NCBI GenBank assembly: GCA_913031385.1
Contig: CAJWCT010000001.1
Span: 1-63,832 of the forward strand
DNA from: an uncultured Flavobacteriales bacterium
Lineage (GTDB): Bacteria; Bacteroidota; Bacteroidia; Flavobacteriales; Flavobacteriaceae
Length of the DNA stretch: 63,832 nt
Direction: 5' to 3'
The notes under the pieces were generated by a model. That model saw only the letters and a program-made list of their open reading frames with translations, was not told where the DNA came from and searched no databases. Position 1 is the stretch's first letter; each line of letters opens with the position of its first letter. This document shows, in pieces, positions 9,474-20,726 of this stretch. The position numbers were made by a program, and so were the translations under genes.

Positions 9474-11279
9474 ATGGAAGAAAGTAAAAAGATAACAAAG
9501 GGTGGAGAATTTATCATTAGAGAAGCTAACTGTGACCTTATATTTACTCCTGAGGATTTCTCTGAAGAACAAAAAATGATGAGAGATTCTGTAATAGAAT
9601 TTAATGAAAGAGAAATAATAGCTAAAAGAAGTCGATTTGAAGCAAAAGATTTTAAACTAACTGAAGAAGTTATGAAAAAAGCTGGTGAGATGGGATTTTT
9701 AGGTGTTAGTGTCCCAGAAGAGTATGGAGGTTTAGGAATGGATTTTGTCTCCACAATGATTGTTTGTGAATATATGTCAAGTGGGAGTGGCTCAATTAGT
9801 ACTGCATTTGGCGCACATACAGGAATTGGAACTATGCCTATATTATTTTATGGAACTGAAGAACAAAAGAGAAAATACTTGCCAAAACTCTCTTCTGGTG
9901 AATGGTTTGGTGCATATTGTCTGACTGAACCTAATGCTGGAAGTGATGCTAACTCAGGGAAAACAACTGCAGAACTAACACCTGATAAAAAGTATTATAA
10001 AATTAATGGGCAAAAAATGTGGATCTCAAATGCAGGTTTTGCAAAATTGTTTATCGTCTTTGCAAGAATAGAAAATGATAAAAATATAACTGCATTTATT
10101 GTTGAAAAAGAGGAAAATAATGGAATGGTTTTAGGAGAAGAAGAAAAAAAACTTGGAATAAGGGCCTCTTCTACTAGACAAGTTTTTTTTAATGATACAA
10201 CTATACCTGTTGAAAATATGTTAGGTAAAAGAGGCGAAGGATTTAAAATAGCTGTGAATTCCTTAAATGTAGGTAGAATTAAACTCGGAGCCGCATGTAT
10301 TGATTCAGAAAGAAGAGCTACAACAATATCTGTTCAGTATGCAAATAATAGAAAACAATTTAATACCAGAATATCAGATTTTGGTGCAATTAAATATAAG
10401 ATTGCTGAAATGGCAACGAATACATACGTTAATGAATCTGCTTGTTATAGAGCTGCAAAAGATATTGAAGAGCGAATAAATAGTTTAGTTGCAAATAATC
10501 ATTCAAAACTAGAAGCTGAATTAAAAGCATTAGAAGAATTTGCTATTGAGTGTTCAATAATTAAAGTAGCAACATCTGAAGATATGCAAATATGTTCTGA
10601 TGAAGGAATCCAAATATTTGGAGGAATGGGATTCTCTGAAGAAACTCCTATGGAGGGAGCATGGAGGGACGCAAGAATAACAAGAATCTATGAGGGAACT
10701 AATGAAATTAATAGATTGCTTAGTGTCGGAATGCTTCTTAAAAAAGCAATGAAAAAGAATATTGACCTTGCAACTCCTACTAAAGGAGTATTTAAAGAAC
10801 TTATTGGAATACCATCATTTTCATTTAAGTCAAAAGATAATTCAAAACTTTTTTCAGAAGAAAAGTTGTTATTGAAAAACCTGAAAAAACTCTTTTTGAT
10901 GATAAATGGATTTGCAGTTGAAAAATATGGCAAAGATTTAGATAAACATCAGCAAACAATCATGGCATTAGCAGATATATTAATAGAAATATATATGGCT
11001 GAATCAGCCTTATTAAGAACTGAAAAAAATGCTATTAGATTTGGAGAAAAAGAGTTTAAAATTCAAATGGATATGTCTAAATTATATCTATACAATGCTA
11101 TAGATATTGCATCAAAAGTTTCAAGACAAATTATAGTCTCTATTTCTAGAGGAAAGAAACAAAAAATGTTATTAAAAGGATTAAACAAATTTACTAAATA
11201 TGAAAACTATCCAAATGTGATTGGAATAAGAAATAATATTGCAGAAAAAGTTAAAAATGAAAACAAATACTGTTTTTAA
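9474..11279 (+). CDS. Long acyl-CoA dehydrogenase
   Basis: ACAD motifs YCLTEPNAGSDA and RIYEGTNEINR, with a C-terminal extension typical of ~600-aa FadE-like enzymes. Confidence 0.9.
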   Translation: MEESKKITKGGEFIIREANCDLIFTPEDFSEEQKMMRDSVIEFNEREIIAKRSRFEAKDFKLTEEVMKKAGEMGFLGVSVPEEYGGLGMDFVSTMIVCEYMSSGSGSISTAFGAHTGIGTMPILFYGTEEQKRKYLPKLSSGEWFGAYCLTEPNAGSDANSGKTTAELTPDKKYYKINGQKMWISNAGFAKLFIVFARIENDKNITAFIVEKEENNGMVLGEEEKKLGIRASSTRQVFFNDTTIPVENMLGKRGEGFKIAVNSLNVGRIKLGAACIDSERRATTISVQYANNRKQFNTRISDFGAIKYKIAEMATNTYVNESACYRAAKDIEERINSLVANNHSKLEAELKALEEFAIECSIIKVATSEDMQICSDEGIQIFGGMGFSEETPMEGAWRDARITRIYEGTNEINRLLSVGMLLKKAMKKNIDLATPTKGVFKELIGIPSFSFKSKDNSKLFSEEKLLLKNLKKLFLMINGFAVEKYGKDLDKHQQTIMALADILIEIYMAESALLRTEKNAIRFGEKEFKIQMDMSKLYLYNAIDIASKVSRQIIVSISRGKKQKMLLKGLNKFTKYENYPNVIGIRNNIAEKVKNENKYCF

Positions 11280-11299
11280 TGTCAGCTATAATAAAATTA

Positions 11300-12097
11300 T
11301 TACCATTGCCTTTTAGCATTCAATTCTTGCTGTATTTTTAATTCTTCTTCTGATAAAACTTTTAAAAATGAAGGGTGCTGTTCTATAGCAAACTCTATTT
11401 TATTGACTATCTCCCCATTAGATTCGTTTTCATAATCAATTTTCAATGGTTCTTTGATCTCGATAGATTGAAGTATATTCTTCTTCTTTATTCTAATTCC
11501 CTTTTTATCAAATGATCTTCTAAATCCATCTATAACAACAGGAATAACAATCGGCTTATATTGTTTAATTAAAAATGCTGTTCCTTTTCTTATAGGTTTA
11601 AATGGCGTAGTAGTGCCTTGAGGAAAAGTAATCACCCATCCATCATTTAACGCAACTCCTATTTTAGAAACATCACTCATTTTTACTTTTCTATTTACAT
11701 TTTTCCCATGATTTCTCCAAGTTCTATCAATACTGACAGAGCCAGCATAAGCTAAGAGCCTTGGGAGAAATCCTGAAGTCATTGTTTCCTTTGCTGCAAT
11801 AAAATATAAATTTAATTTTGGTTTCCATAAATATCCAACATTTTTTATTGAATCAACTCTACCTTTTAAACTTGCATTGAATACATGAAACATTGAAACT
11901 ACATCTGCAAAGTAGGTTTGATGATTTGAGACAAATAATACATTTTTGTCTGGCAGGTTCTTTATTATTTCAGATCCTTCTATTTTTAACTCATTAAAAC
12001 CGCGGAATCTTCTGTGAGTTAAAGTTCCTAGAATTCTTATTAACCATTTCTTAAAAAAAAGTATATGGCCAAAAGGATTTCTTTTAATAATTCTCAT
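11300..12097 (-). CDS. 1-acyl-sn-glycerol-3-phosphate (lysophospholipid) acyltransferase family protein
   Basis: H(X)4D acyltransferase motif NHQTYFAD plus FPQGTT. 265 aa. Confidence 0.8.
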   Translation of the reverse strand: MRIIKRNPFGHILFFKKWLIRILGTLTHRRFRGFNELKIEGSEIIKNLPDKNVLFVSNHQTYFADVVSMFHVFNASLKGRVDSIKNVGYLWKPKLNLYFIAAKETMTSGFLPRLLAYAGSVSIDRTWRNHGKNVNRKVKMSDVSKIGVALNDGWVITFPQGTTTPFKPIRKGTAFLIKQYKPIVIPVVIDGFRRSFDKKGIRIKKKNILQSIEIKEPLKIDYENESNGEIVNKIEFAIEQHPSFLKVLSEEELKIQQELNAKRQW

Positions 12098-12113
12098 ATA
12101 AAAAATATAGTAA

Positions 12114-12121
12114 CAAAAGTA
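12114..12121 (-). promoter_or_regulatory. Candidate -7 promoter box (TACTTTTG on minus strand)
   Basis: Exact TAnnTTTG match 16 nt upstream of the acyltransferase ATG at 12097. Confidence 0.3.
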
Positions 12122-12129
12122 GAAAAAAG

Positions 12130-12777
12130 TTATAAAACAGACTTAATTATATCCTTTACTTCTGATAATATCATTGCTGTAGCTCCCCAAACAAAATATC
12201 CATTTAATTTATAAGCTGGAACTAATGTATTTAAATACCTATTTGAGATCTTTGATCCATTTGTTTTTTTAATATTACTATCAATAAACAATTGTTCTAA
12301 ATCAACATTAATAATTTCTTTTACTTCATTTTCATCTTTTATAAATTTAAGCTCATTTTCTGTATAGACCATAAAGGGAGAAATATCATAATTACTTGGA
12401 GGAACATACACATTTTGCAATCTTCGAATCAATTGAATTCCTTTAATATCTACACCAATTTCTTCATTTGTTTCCCTTAATGCAGTATCAAAAATGTTTT
12501 TATCATTTTTTTCATAACTCCCCCCAGGCAAACTAATTTGATTTGAATGCACTCCATCATATTCATTCCTCAAAATAAGTGTAAAACATACTTTATTATT
12601 GTTATATGGATGAAATAATACTGCAACTCCAGCATTTTTCGAGTTTTTATAATTATTTCTCGTTAGCTCCAATAAATCCTTTCTAAAAGGAGGCGCCATT
12701 TTTAAATGAGAAACATTGGAATCAATAATTAATTCCTTAATTTTTGGAATAATTTCTATAAATCTATCAATAGTCAT
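12130..12777 (-). CDS. NUDIX hydrolase (CoA pyrophosphatase-like)
   Basis: Nudix box GGSYEKNDKNIFDTALRETNEEIGV. 215 aa. Confidence 0.85.
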   Translation of the reverse strand: MTIDRFIEIIPKIKELIIDSNVSHLKMAPPFRKDLLELTRNNYKNSKNAGVAVLFHPYNNNKVCFTLILRNEYDGVHSNQISLPGGSYEKNDKNIFDTALRETNEEIGVDIKGIQLIRRLQNVYVPPSNYDISPFMVYTENELKFIKDENEVKEIINVDLEQLFIDSNIKKTNGSKISNRYLNTLVPAYKLNGYFVWGATAMILSEVKDIIKSVL

Positions 12778-12783
12778 TAAAAC

Positions 12784-13236
12784 TTATTTTTCTCTAATTT
12801 TCAAAGACCATTCAAAAGTAAATTTAGATACGGTTACATTCTGCCTATTTATTCCTGTTGATGATAGAACTATTTTTTGAGGTGTTTTTAAGTTAATAAG
12901 TTTTTCAATCATATCATCAATTTTATTACCCTGAGAACAATTAAAAATAATTGTGCCTGTAGCTTTTTTAAAATAGTTTGAACTGTTTGAAATTAATAAC
13001 ATTGATATATCATATCCGCTTTTTTTAATCTTATCAGTTATCATTAAACCAGTAGTCAACTCTGCTGCCATTCCTTGAGCTGCCCAAAACATTGACTTAA
13101 ATGGGTTCTTATTAAACCAATTAAGTGTTATTTTAATCTCACATTGGTCAGAATCTAAAGATCTCATTCTAGCTCCACAAAAGTATGCTGCAGGTAATTT
13201 TCTTAAAAGAAATAAGTTGTATTTTAAAAACTTCAT
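12784..13236 (-). CDS. DUF4442-like hot-dog fold (thioesterase superfamily) protein
   Basis: Family-level recognition only (..FCGARMRSLDSDQCEIKITLNWFNKNPFKSMFWAAQGMAAELTTG..). The start is placed at the internal ATG (track residue 13) so it does not overlap the trxB 3' end. Confidence 0.5.
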   Translation of the reverse strand: MKFLKYNLFLLRKLPAAYFCGARMRSLDSDQCEIKITLNWFNKNPFKSMFWAAQGMAAELTTGLMITDKIKKSGYDISMLLISNSSNYFKKATGTIIFNCSQGNKIDDMIEKLINLKTPQKIVLSSTGINRQNVTVSKFTFEWSLKIREK

Positions 13237-13240
13237 TAAT

Positions 13241-14173
13241 TTATTTTGATGATAGATATTTTTCTGCATCAAGAGCTGCTATACAACCCGTTCCAGCTGC
13301 AGTAACTGCTTGCCTATAAACATGATCTGCAGCATCACCAGAAACAAATACACCTGGAATGTTAGTTCTTGAAGTACCAGGTTCATTTATAATATATCCT
13401 GTTTCATCCATATTTACATATGGCTTAAAAATTTCAGTATTTGGAGTATGTCCAATTGCCACAAAGAAACCTGTTATAGGAATCGTCTTCTCCTCTCCTG
13501 TTTTATTGTTATAAACTAGAACATTTTCAACGACACTATTATCCCCTAAAATTTCCTTAGTTTCAGTATTATAAAGGATTTCTATATTATCAGTTTTTTT
13601 AACTCTTTCTTGCATTATTTTAGAAGCTCTAAATTCATCTCGTCTGACTAACATCGTAACTTTTTTACATAACTTCGATAAATAATGTGCTTCCTCACAT
13701 GCAGAATCCCCCCCTCCTGCAATTGCTACTTCTTGACCCTTATAAAAGAAGCCGTCACAAACAGCACATGCAGAAACACCTCCACCTAATTCTAAATACT
13801 TTTTTTCTGAAGGAAGACCTAAATACTTTGCTGAAGCACCTGTAGCTATAATCACCGTTTCACAAATTAGTTCATCCTGATCATTAACCCACAACTTTAA
13901 ATCATTATTAAAATCAACTTTTGTAATCCATCCATTTCTTACATCAGTTCCAAAACGTTCAGCCTGTTGTTGTAATTCTATCATCATTTCAGGTCCTGAA
14001 ATGCCTTTTGGGTAGCCAGGAAAATTCTCAACATCAGTAGTAGTAGTTAATTGTCCGCCAGGCTCTGTTCCTTGATATAGAACAGGACTCATATTTGCTC
14101 TTGCAGCATAAATTGCTGCAGTATATCCAGCTGGGCCTGATCCAATAATTAAACATTTAATTTTTTCTGCCAT
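13241..14173 (-). CDS. trxB: Thioredoxin-disulfide reductase
   Basis: FAD motif GSGPAGYTAAIYAAR, redox-active CAVCDG, NADPH motif GGGDSACEEA. 310 aa. Confidence 0.96.
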   Translation of the reverse strand: MAEKIKCLIIGSGPAGYTAAIYAARANMSPVLYQGTEPGGQLTTTTDVENFPGYPKGISGPEMMIELQQQAERFGTDVRNGWITKVDFNNDLKLWVNDQDELICETVIIATGASAKYLGLPSEKKYLELGGGVSACAVCDGFFYKGQEVAIAGGGDSACEEAHYLSKLCKKVTMLVRRDEFRASKIMQERVKKTDNIEILYNTETKEILGDNSVVENVLVYNNKTGEEKTIPITGFFVAIGHTPNTEIFKPYVNMDETGYIINEPGTSRTNIPGVFVSGDAADHVYRQAVTAAGTGCIAALDAEKYLSSK

Positions 14174-14183
14174 AATAGTAATT

Positions 14184-14191
14184 CAAATATA
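14184..14191 (-). promoter_or_regulatory. Candidate -7 promoter box (TATATTTG on minus strand)
   Basis: Exact TAnnTTTG match, but only 10 nt upstream of the trxB ATG, which would imply a very short leader. Confidence 0.2.
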
Positions 14192-14281
14192 ATAATAAAA
14201 GTGTGTAATTATCTCTTTGAATTTATATAAAATTGAATAGTAGGTGAATATTCTATTTTTTGTAAATTGAACAAAAAAAGA

Positions 14282-15373
14282 ATGAAATATTTTTTCCTTA
14301 GATTTTTGTTTTTAATAAGTTTTAGTTTTTTAACTACCACAATTTATAGCGACAATTATTCCTACAAAGTAGTTGTTTCTGAACTAGAGGTTCCCTGGGG
14401 ATTTGTATTTCTTGAAGATAATTCTATTTTAATTACTGAACGAAAAGGCGAATTAATTCATTTTGTTAATGGAAAAAAAACAAAAGTAAAAGGCTTGCCT
14501 GAAATTATTGCTAAGAATCAAGGAGGACTGTTAGATATTGAACTTCATCCTGAATATAAAAATAATGGGTGGATTTACATATCTTATTCTTCCTCAAATG
14601 AAAATAAAAGCGGATCTAATACTTCAATAATGAGATTTAAAATAGAAAAAAATACGATGATTCAAAAAGAGATCATTTATAAAGCTCTACCAAATAGCAA
14701 GCGTGACAGACATTATGGAAGCAGAATTGAGTTTGATCAAAATAATTTTCTTTATTTCTCCATTGGAGATAGAGGGAATAGAGATGTAAATCCTCAAAAT
14801 ATAGATAGAGATGGAGGAAAAATATATAGGCTATATGATGATGGTCAAATACCTATTGATAATCCTTTTATTACTAATAGGTCAGCAAAAAAGGCAATAT
14901 ATAGCTATGGACATAGAAATCCGCAGGGTATGGCTATAAATCCATTCACTAAAGAATTATGGATTCATGAACATGGACCAAGAGGAGGAGATGAAATCAA
15001 TATTATAAAAAAAGGAGCAAATTATGGATGGCCTCTTGCCAGTTTTGGAATAAATTATATAGGAACAAAGTTTACTAATAAAACTTCAATTCCTGGAATG
15101 GAAGACCCCATACACTATTGGGTTCCATCTATCGCTCCTAGTGGTATGGCTTTTATAACATCAGATATTTATCCTAATTCAAAAGGAGATTTATTAATTG
15201 GATCACTAATATTCCAATATCTTCATAAATGTAAAATAAAAAACAATAAAATTTATAAAGAAGAAAGGATTTTAGAAGATATTGGAAGAGTAAGGTCCAT
15301 TAGACAAGGGCCTGATGGATACATGTATATTGGTGTTGAGAATATGGGAATAATAAAACTTATTCCAAATTAA
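14282..15373 (+). CDS. PQQ-dependent sugar (glucose/sorbosone) dehydrogenase, secreted
   Basis: Beta-propeller family signatures GGLLDIELHPEY, HYGSRIEF, YSYGHRNPQGMA and HEHGPRGGDEIN..GANYGWP. Signal peptide present. ATG 14282 is preferred over the track's TTG at 14267; that choice is uncertain. Confidence 0.85.
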   Translation: MKYFFLRFLFLISFSFLTTTIYSDNYSYKVVVSELEVPWGFVFLEDNSILITERKGELIHFVNGKKTKVKGLPEIIAKNQGGLLDIELHPEYKNNGWIYISYSSSNENKSGSNTSIMRFKIEKNTMIQKEIIYKALPNSKRDRHYGSRIEFDQNNFLYFSIGDRGNRDVNPQNIDRDGGKIYRLYDDGQIPIDNPFITNRSAKKAIYSYGHRNPQGMAINPFTKELWIHEHGPRGGDEINIIKKGANYGWPLASFGINYIGTKFTNKTSIPGMEDPIHYWVPSIAPSGMAFITSDIYPNSKGDLLIGSLIFQYLHKCKIKNNKIYKEERILEDIGRVRSIRQGPDGYMYIGVENMGIIKLIPN

Positions 15374-15410
15374 TAACGCATTTGCTAATAACTATAAAAA
15401 TAGAATACAG

Positions 15411-16019
15411 ATGTTAACTGTTGGAATAACTGGGGGAACAGGTAGTGGTAAGACAACTATTTTAGAGCTACTAAAAAAAGAATTTGGAGAAAATGATATT
15501 GGATTTATTTCTCAAGACTCTTACTATAATGATAATGGCAATCTGAGTTTTGATGAGAAAAATAAAATTAATTTTGACCATCCTGATGCTGTAGATTTTG
15601 AGTTAATGATTAATCATCTTAATCTATTAAAAAATGGAAAAAACATCAATCAACCTATTTATTCATTCATTTATCATAATAGAACTAAAAAAATTAAATT
15701 AGTTAAACCAAAAAAGATTATGATTATAGAAGGAATTTTAATTTTAAATAATATAAAATTAAGAGATCTAATGGATTATAAAGTCTTTGTTGATGCCACT
15801 GAAAATTTAAGATTTAAAAGAAGACTAGATAGAGATATCAATCAAAGGGGGAGAATTGCAGAAGAAGTTATTGAATTATTTAATACCAGGCTAAATAAAA
15901 TGCACAATCTATATGTTGAACCAATGAAAGAATTTTGTGATATTATAATAGATAATAATAATAAGGTTGATTCATTAGAAATAACTCCTCTAATAGAAGT
16001 AATTAAAAGTCATTTGTAA
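15411..16019 (+). CDS. udk: Uridine kinase
   Basis: P-loop GITGGTGSGKTT. Length (202 aa) and overall similarity match Udk. Confidence 0.9.
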   Translation: MLTVGITGGTGSGKTTILELLKKEFGENDIGFISQDSYYNDNGNLSFDEKNKINFDHPDAVDFELMINHLNLLKNGKNINQPIYSFIYHNRTKKIKLVKPKKIMIIEGILILNNIKLRDLMDYKVFVDATENLRFKRRLDRDINQRGRIAEEVIELFNTRLNKMHNLYVEPMKEFCDIIIDNNNKVDSLEITPLIEVIKSHL

Positions 16020-16020
16020 A

Positions 16021-16320
16021 ATGAAATTTAAAATCCCATCTTTATTCAAAAATATATATTTCATTATAATTATGTTATTTATTATATGGATGCTATTTTT
16101 TGATAGTAATTCATGGTTAGTTCATAGAGAATTAAATAAAAAAGTTTATAAACTTGAGAATCAAAAAGATTTTTATATAGATGGAATAAAAAAAGACAAG
16201 GAAGAATTGTCAAAAATGAAAACTGATTCTGGTCTTGAAGAATATGCTAGAGAGAAATTATTTATGAAAAAAGAAGATGAAGAAATATTTATTATAGAAT
16301 TCGATTCTATAAATGATTAA
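16021..16320 (+). CDS. Septum formation initiator (FtsB/DivIC-like) protein
   Basis: 99 aa with a single N-terminal TM helix followed by a charged coiled-coil segment. Confidence 0.6.
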   Translation: MKFKIPSLFKNIYFIIIMLFIIWMLFFDSNSWLVHRELNKKVYKLENQKDFYIDGIKKDKEELSKMKTDSGLEEYAREKLFMKKEDEEIFIIEFDSIND

Positions 16321-16329
16321 TATTTAATT

Positions 16330-17703
16330 ATGATGGAAAAAATTTTAGATGAATTTATTAAAATTGATTCCAAATTATGGAATAAAAAAATTAAAGATGA
16401 CTTGATAAAACTAGGTCATAGTAGTATTCCCTCTTATAATTCCAAAGAGAATATCAAAATAAAGCCATTCTATACAAGTGAAGACCTAAATAACTTAAAA
16501 AATTCGGATTCTAACTATCCTAATAGCTGGGCAATATGTCAAAATATAACTGCAGATAATTCATCAGATGCAAACATAAAGGCTCTTGAACTTATTAACA
16601 AAGGAGCTGAAAGTATGAATTTCATTATTCAAAATGACTCCATCCTGTGTAATGATTTATTAAAAAATATAGATATAGAAAAAACTGAGTTATTTTTCAA
16701 AATTAAATTCCATTCAAACTCATATTTAAAGTCATTAAATGATATTATAAAAAGCTCATCAACTTCATTTAATATAAGTTATGACCCTATTGGCTCTCTT
16801 GTTAAAACAGGTAGCTGGGAATCTTCAATGAATGAAGATTTAGATAAATTGAATAAAAATATTAACATATTAGAAAAATTTAATAATGTAATAATTGTCA
16901 ATTCTGGATTATACCAAAATTCAGGAGCTAATATTTTTGAAGAAATTGCCTTTACTCTAAGTCATGCGAATGAATATTTAAATCATCTTAATGGAAAATG
17001 TGCAAATAAAATTGCATTTAATATCTCAATGGGGTCAAACTATTTCTTTGAAATTGCAAAATTAAAAGCATTAAGATTACTCTGGTCAACAATAACTAAA
17101 GAGTATAATAATGAGATAAATTTTCCTCATATAATAGCAAAACCATCTAAAAGAAATAAGACTATATATGATTACAATAATAACATATTAAGAACTACAA
17201 CAGAATGCATGTCAGCAATTCTTGGAGGAGCCAATACTATTTCAAATATTACATATGACAGCATTTTTAATAATAAAAATGAATACTCTGATAAAATAGC
17301 ATTAAATCAACTATTGATAATAAAACATGAAACCTATATAGATAAAGTAAAAAATGCAGCAGATGGATCATATTACATCAATAGTTTAACAAATACTATA
17401 GCTGAAGAATCATTAAGGATATTTAAGGATATAGAAAATAACGGCGGGTTTATCTCAGCACTAGAGAAAAATATAATACAAAAGCGGATTGATAAAAGTC
17501 ATAGGATAGAGCAAGAATTATTTAATAACAATAAGGAAAAACTTCTTGGAATAAACATTTTTACTGATATAGATCAAAAAATTAAATCTGAAATCAATAA
17601 ACCTATTTTCACTAAATCTAATACAAGAAAAACTAAAATTAAACCCATTTCTGAAATTAGGCTAGCTGAAGAAATTGAATTAAGTAGAATTAAAAATGAA
17701 TAG
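16330..17703 (+). CDS. mutA: Methylmalonyl-CoA mutase small (beta) subunit
   Basis: Paralogous to the downstream alpha subunit ([14 protein letters not shown] vs [14 protein letters not shown]). It overlaps that gene by 8 nt and has no B12-binding motif. Confidence 0.8.
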   Translation: MMEKILDEFIKIDSKLWNKKIKDDLIKLGHSSIPSYNSKENIKIKPFYTSEDLNNLKNSDSNYPNSWAICQNITADNSSDANIKALELINKGAESMNFIIQNDSILCNDLLKNIDIEKTELFFKIKFHSNSYLKSLNDIIKSSSTSFNISYDPIGSLVKTGSWESSMNEDLDKLNKNINILEKFNNVIIVNSGLYQNSGANIFEEIAFTLSHANEYLNHLNGKCANKIAFNISMGSNYFFEIAKLKALRLLWSTITKEYNNEINFPHIIAKPSKRNKTIYDYNNNILRTTTECMSAILGGANTISNITYDSIFNNKNEYSDKIALNQLLIIKHETYIDKVKNAADGSYYINSLTNTIAEESLRIFKDIENNGGFISALEKNIIQKRIDKSHRIEQELFNNNKEKLLGINIFTDIDQKIKSEINKPIFTKSNTRKTKIKPISEIRLAEEIELSRIKNE

Positions 17704-19831
17704 GAAAAATCTTAAAAATATTAGTCTAAAAAAGTTAGATTTTTCAAAGACTTTTGTTAAAAGAAAAAGTGAAAAATTTCTTACTTCAGAGAGTATAAAT
17801 CTAAAATCTTATTACTCTAAAGATGATTTAAAAAATCTTGAACAAATAGATTTTGGAGCTGGCATAGAGCCCTTTCTAAGAGGCCCTTATTCAACTATGT
17901 ATATAACAAAACCATGGACTATAAGACAATATGCTGGGTATTCAACTGCAGAAGAAAGCAATATGTTTTATAAAAGGAATTTAAAATCTGGACAAAAAGG
18001 TTTATCAGTAGCATTTGATTTACCTACACACCGAGGTTATAATTCAGACAATAAAAGAGTGTATGGTGATGTTGGCAAAGCAGGAGTTGCTATTGACTCT
18101 GTAGAAGACATGAAAATATTATTTGATGGAATTCCTCTTGATAAAATGAGTGTTTCAATGACTATGAATGGTGCTGTATTACCTATAATGGCATTTTACA
18201 TAGTAGCTGCAAATGAACAAGGAGTAAAAACTTCTGATCTTAGAGGAACTATTCAAAATGATATATTAAAAGAATATATGGTTAGGAATACATACATATA
18301 TCCGCCAAAAGAATCAATGGAAATCATATCTGATATTTTTAAGTTTACTAGTAAAGAAATGCCAAAATTTAATAGTATTAGTATCTCAGGATATCATATG
18401 CAGGAAGCAGGAGCTACAAATGATTTAGAACTTGCTTACACTCTTGCAAATGGTCTGGAATATGTTAGAAATGGAATAAGTGCCGGATTAAAAATTGATG
18501 ATTTCGCTCCAAGACTATCATTTTTTTGGGGAATTGGCATGAATCATTTTATGGAAATTGCAAAATTAAGAGCAGCTAGAGTATTATGGGCTAAATTAAT
18601 TAAGACATTTAGTCCTAAATCAAATAAGTCAATGGCTCTACGAGCTCATTGTCAGACTAGCGGCTGGAGCTTAACAAGACAAGACCCTTTTAACAATATT
18701 ACAAGAACAACAATAGAAGCTTGCTCAGCAGTTTTTGGAGGAACACAAAGTCTCCATACTAATTCATTAGATGAAGCAATAGCATTGCCTACTGATTTCT
18801 CAGCAAAAATTGCAAGAGATACTCAATTATACCTTCAAAATGAAATTAAAATTACTAATACTGTAGATCCATGGGCAGGAAGTTATTATCTAGAATCTAT
18901 AACAAATGAGCTTATTAAAAAATCATGGGGTCATATTCAAGAAATTGAAAATCTTGGTGGGATGACTAAAGCAATTGAAAAAGGCATACCAAAACTTAGA
19001 ATTGAACAAGCCGCAACAAAAAAGCAAGCTAAAATTGATTCAAAAGAAAGTATCATTGTTGGAGTAAATAAATTTGAAGCAGATAATGAAGATGAAATAC
19101 ATTACCTAGAAGTTGACAATAATAAAGTTAGAAATCAGCAAATAGAGAGAATAAAAAAAATAAAACTTGATAGAGATAACTCTAAAGTTAAAAAGGCTTT
19201 ATATAAATTAAGAAGCGCCGCAAAAAATAAAAATAAAAATTTATTAGCTTTGGCTATTGATGCAGCAAAAGAACGAGCGACATTAGAAGAAATTAGCGCA
19301 TCACTTGAAGATATTTACGGAAGATATAAATCAGAAATAAAAACCTTTACTGGAGTGTATAAATCAAATATTAACAATGACAAATCATTTAATCATGCTG
19401 TTAAACTTGCAAATGATTTTGCTAGTCATGATGGGAGACGTCCTAGAATATTAGTTGCAAAAATAGGTCAAGACGGTCATGATAGAGGTGCAAAAATAGT
19501 CGCTACAGGCTATGCTGATATAGGATTTGATGTTGATATAGGTCCTCTTTTTCAAATACCTGAGGAAGTTGCAAAACAAGCTGTTGAAAATGATGTACAC
19601 GTTGTAGGAATATCTACACTAGCTGGTGGTCATAAGACATTAGTTCCAAAATTAATTGAGGAGTTAAAAAGTTATGGAAGAGAAGATATTTTAATAATAC
19701 TTGGAGGAGTAATTCCAAAACAAGACTATAAATTTCTTTTAAAAAATGGAGTTTCTGCAATTTTTGGTCCTGGATCTAAAATTAGTGAAACAGCTATAGA
19801 AATTCTTAATTTACTAATTAAGCAACCTTAG
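17696..19831 (+). CDS. mutB: Methylmalonyl-CoA mutase large (alpha) subunit, B12-dependent
   Basis: Motifs [13 protein letters not shown] and [11 protein letters not shown]. The C-terminal cobalamin-binding DxHxxG motif is present ([10 protein letters not shown]). 711 aa. Confidence 0.95.
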   Translation: MNRKNLKNISLKKLDFSKTFVKRKSEKFLTSESINLKSYYSKDDLKNLEQIDFGAGIEPFLRGPYSTMYITKPWTIRQYAGYSTAEESNMFYKRNLKSGQKGLSVAFDLPTHRGYNSDNKRVYGDVGKAGVAIDSVEDMKILFDGIPLDKMSVSMTMNGAVLPIMAFYIVAANEQGVKTSDLRGTIQNDILKEYMVRNTYIYPPKESMEIISDIFKFTSKEMPKFNSISISGYHMQEAGATNDLELAYTLANGLEYVRNGISAGLKIDDFAPRLSFFWGIGMNHFMEIAKLRAARVLWAKLIKTFSPKSNKSMALRAHCQTSGWSLTRQDPFNNITRTTIEACSAVFGGTQSLHTNSLDEAIALPTDFSAKIARDTQLYLQNEIKITNTVDPWAGSYYLESITNELIKKSWGHIQEIENLGGMTKAIEKGIPKLRIEQAATKKQAKIDSKESIIVGVNKFEADNEDEIHYLEVDNNKVRNQQIERIKKIKLDRDNSKVKKALYKLRSAAKNKNKNLLALAIDAAKERATLEEISASLEDIYGRYKSEIKTFTGVYKSNINNDKSFNHAVKLANDFASHDGRRPRILVAKIGQDGHDRGAKIVATGYADIGFDVDIGPLFQIPEEVAKQAVENDVHVVGISTLAGGHKTLVPKLIEELKSYGREDILIILGGVIPKQDYKFLLKNGVSAIFGPGSKISETAIEILNLLIKQP

Positions 19832-19916
19832 TATTTTTAATAAATTCTGTTAACAAGTTATATTTTAAATCAACTCAAATAATTGTACATTTATTCGAAG
19901 TTTTTTATAAAAATAA

Positions 19917-20681
19917 ATGGCAAAAATAATTGCAATATCTAATCAAAAAGGAGGGGTTGGAAAAACAACAACAGCTGTTAATTTATCTTCTTGCTTAGCT
20001 GTATTAGAAAAAAAAGTTTTACTGATTGATCTTGACCCTCAGGCAAATGCTACCTCTTCATTAGGCATAGAAAATGATATAATTGAAAATGGCATATATC
20101 AATTATTTGAGAAGTCATGTTCTACATCAGATTGTATCAATAAGACTACAATTATCAATCTAGATATTATACCTTCTCATATTGACTTAGTTGGTATTGA
20201 AATTGAGTCTATAGATTTAATTGACAGGGAACATATATTAATGAATGCTATCAATAAGATTGAGAAAGAATATGACTATATTATAATAGACTGCCCCCCT
20301 TCTCTGGGATTATTGACTATAAATGCATTAACAACTTCAAATTCTGTGATTATTCCAATTCAATGTGAATATTTTTCCTTAGAAGGACTCGGTAAACTTT
20401 TGAATACAATAAAAAGTATTCAAAAAATACATAATAAAAATCTATCTATAGAAGGATTGCTTCTTACTATGTATGATCCCAGGCTTAAATTATCAAATCA
20501 GGTAATAAAAGAAGTTAAATTACATTTTAATGAGATGGTATTTAAAACTATTATCCATAGAAATGTAAAACTTGGTGAAGCGCCTAGCTATGGAGAAAAT
20601 ATATTAGATTACGATGTTAGTAGTACTGGAGCTAATAATTATTTAAATTTGGCAAGAGAATTGATACTAAATAATTCATAA
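19917..20681 (+). CDS. parA: ParA/Soj chromosome-partitioning ATPase
   Basis: Deviant Walker A SNQKGGVGKTTT. 254 aa. Confidence 0.92.
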   Translation: MAKIIAISNQKGGVGKTTTAVNLSSCLAVLEKKVLLIDLDPQANATSSLGIENDIIENGIYQLFEKSCSTSDCINKTTIINLDIIPSHIDLVGIEIESIDLIDREHILMNAINKIEKEYDYIIIDCPPSLGLLTINALTTSNSVIIPIQCEYFSLEGLGKLLNTIKSIQKIHNKNLSIEGLLLTMYDPRLKLSNQVIKEVKLHFNEMVFKTIIHRNVKLGEAPSYGENILDYDVSSTGANNYLNLARELILNNS

Positions 20682-20726
20682 TGGCAAAGTCAGAAGCTGA
20701 ATTCAAAAAAATTAATAAAAAATTAA

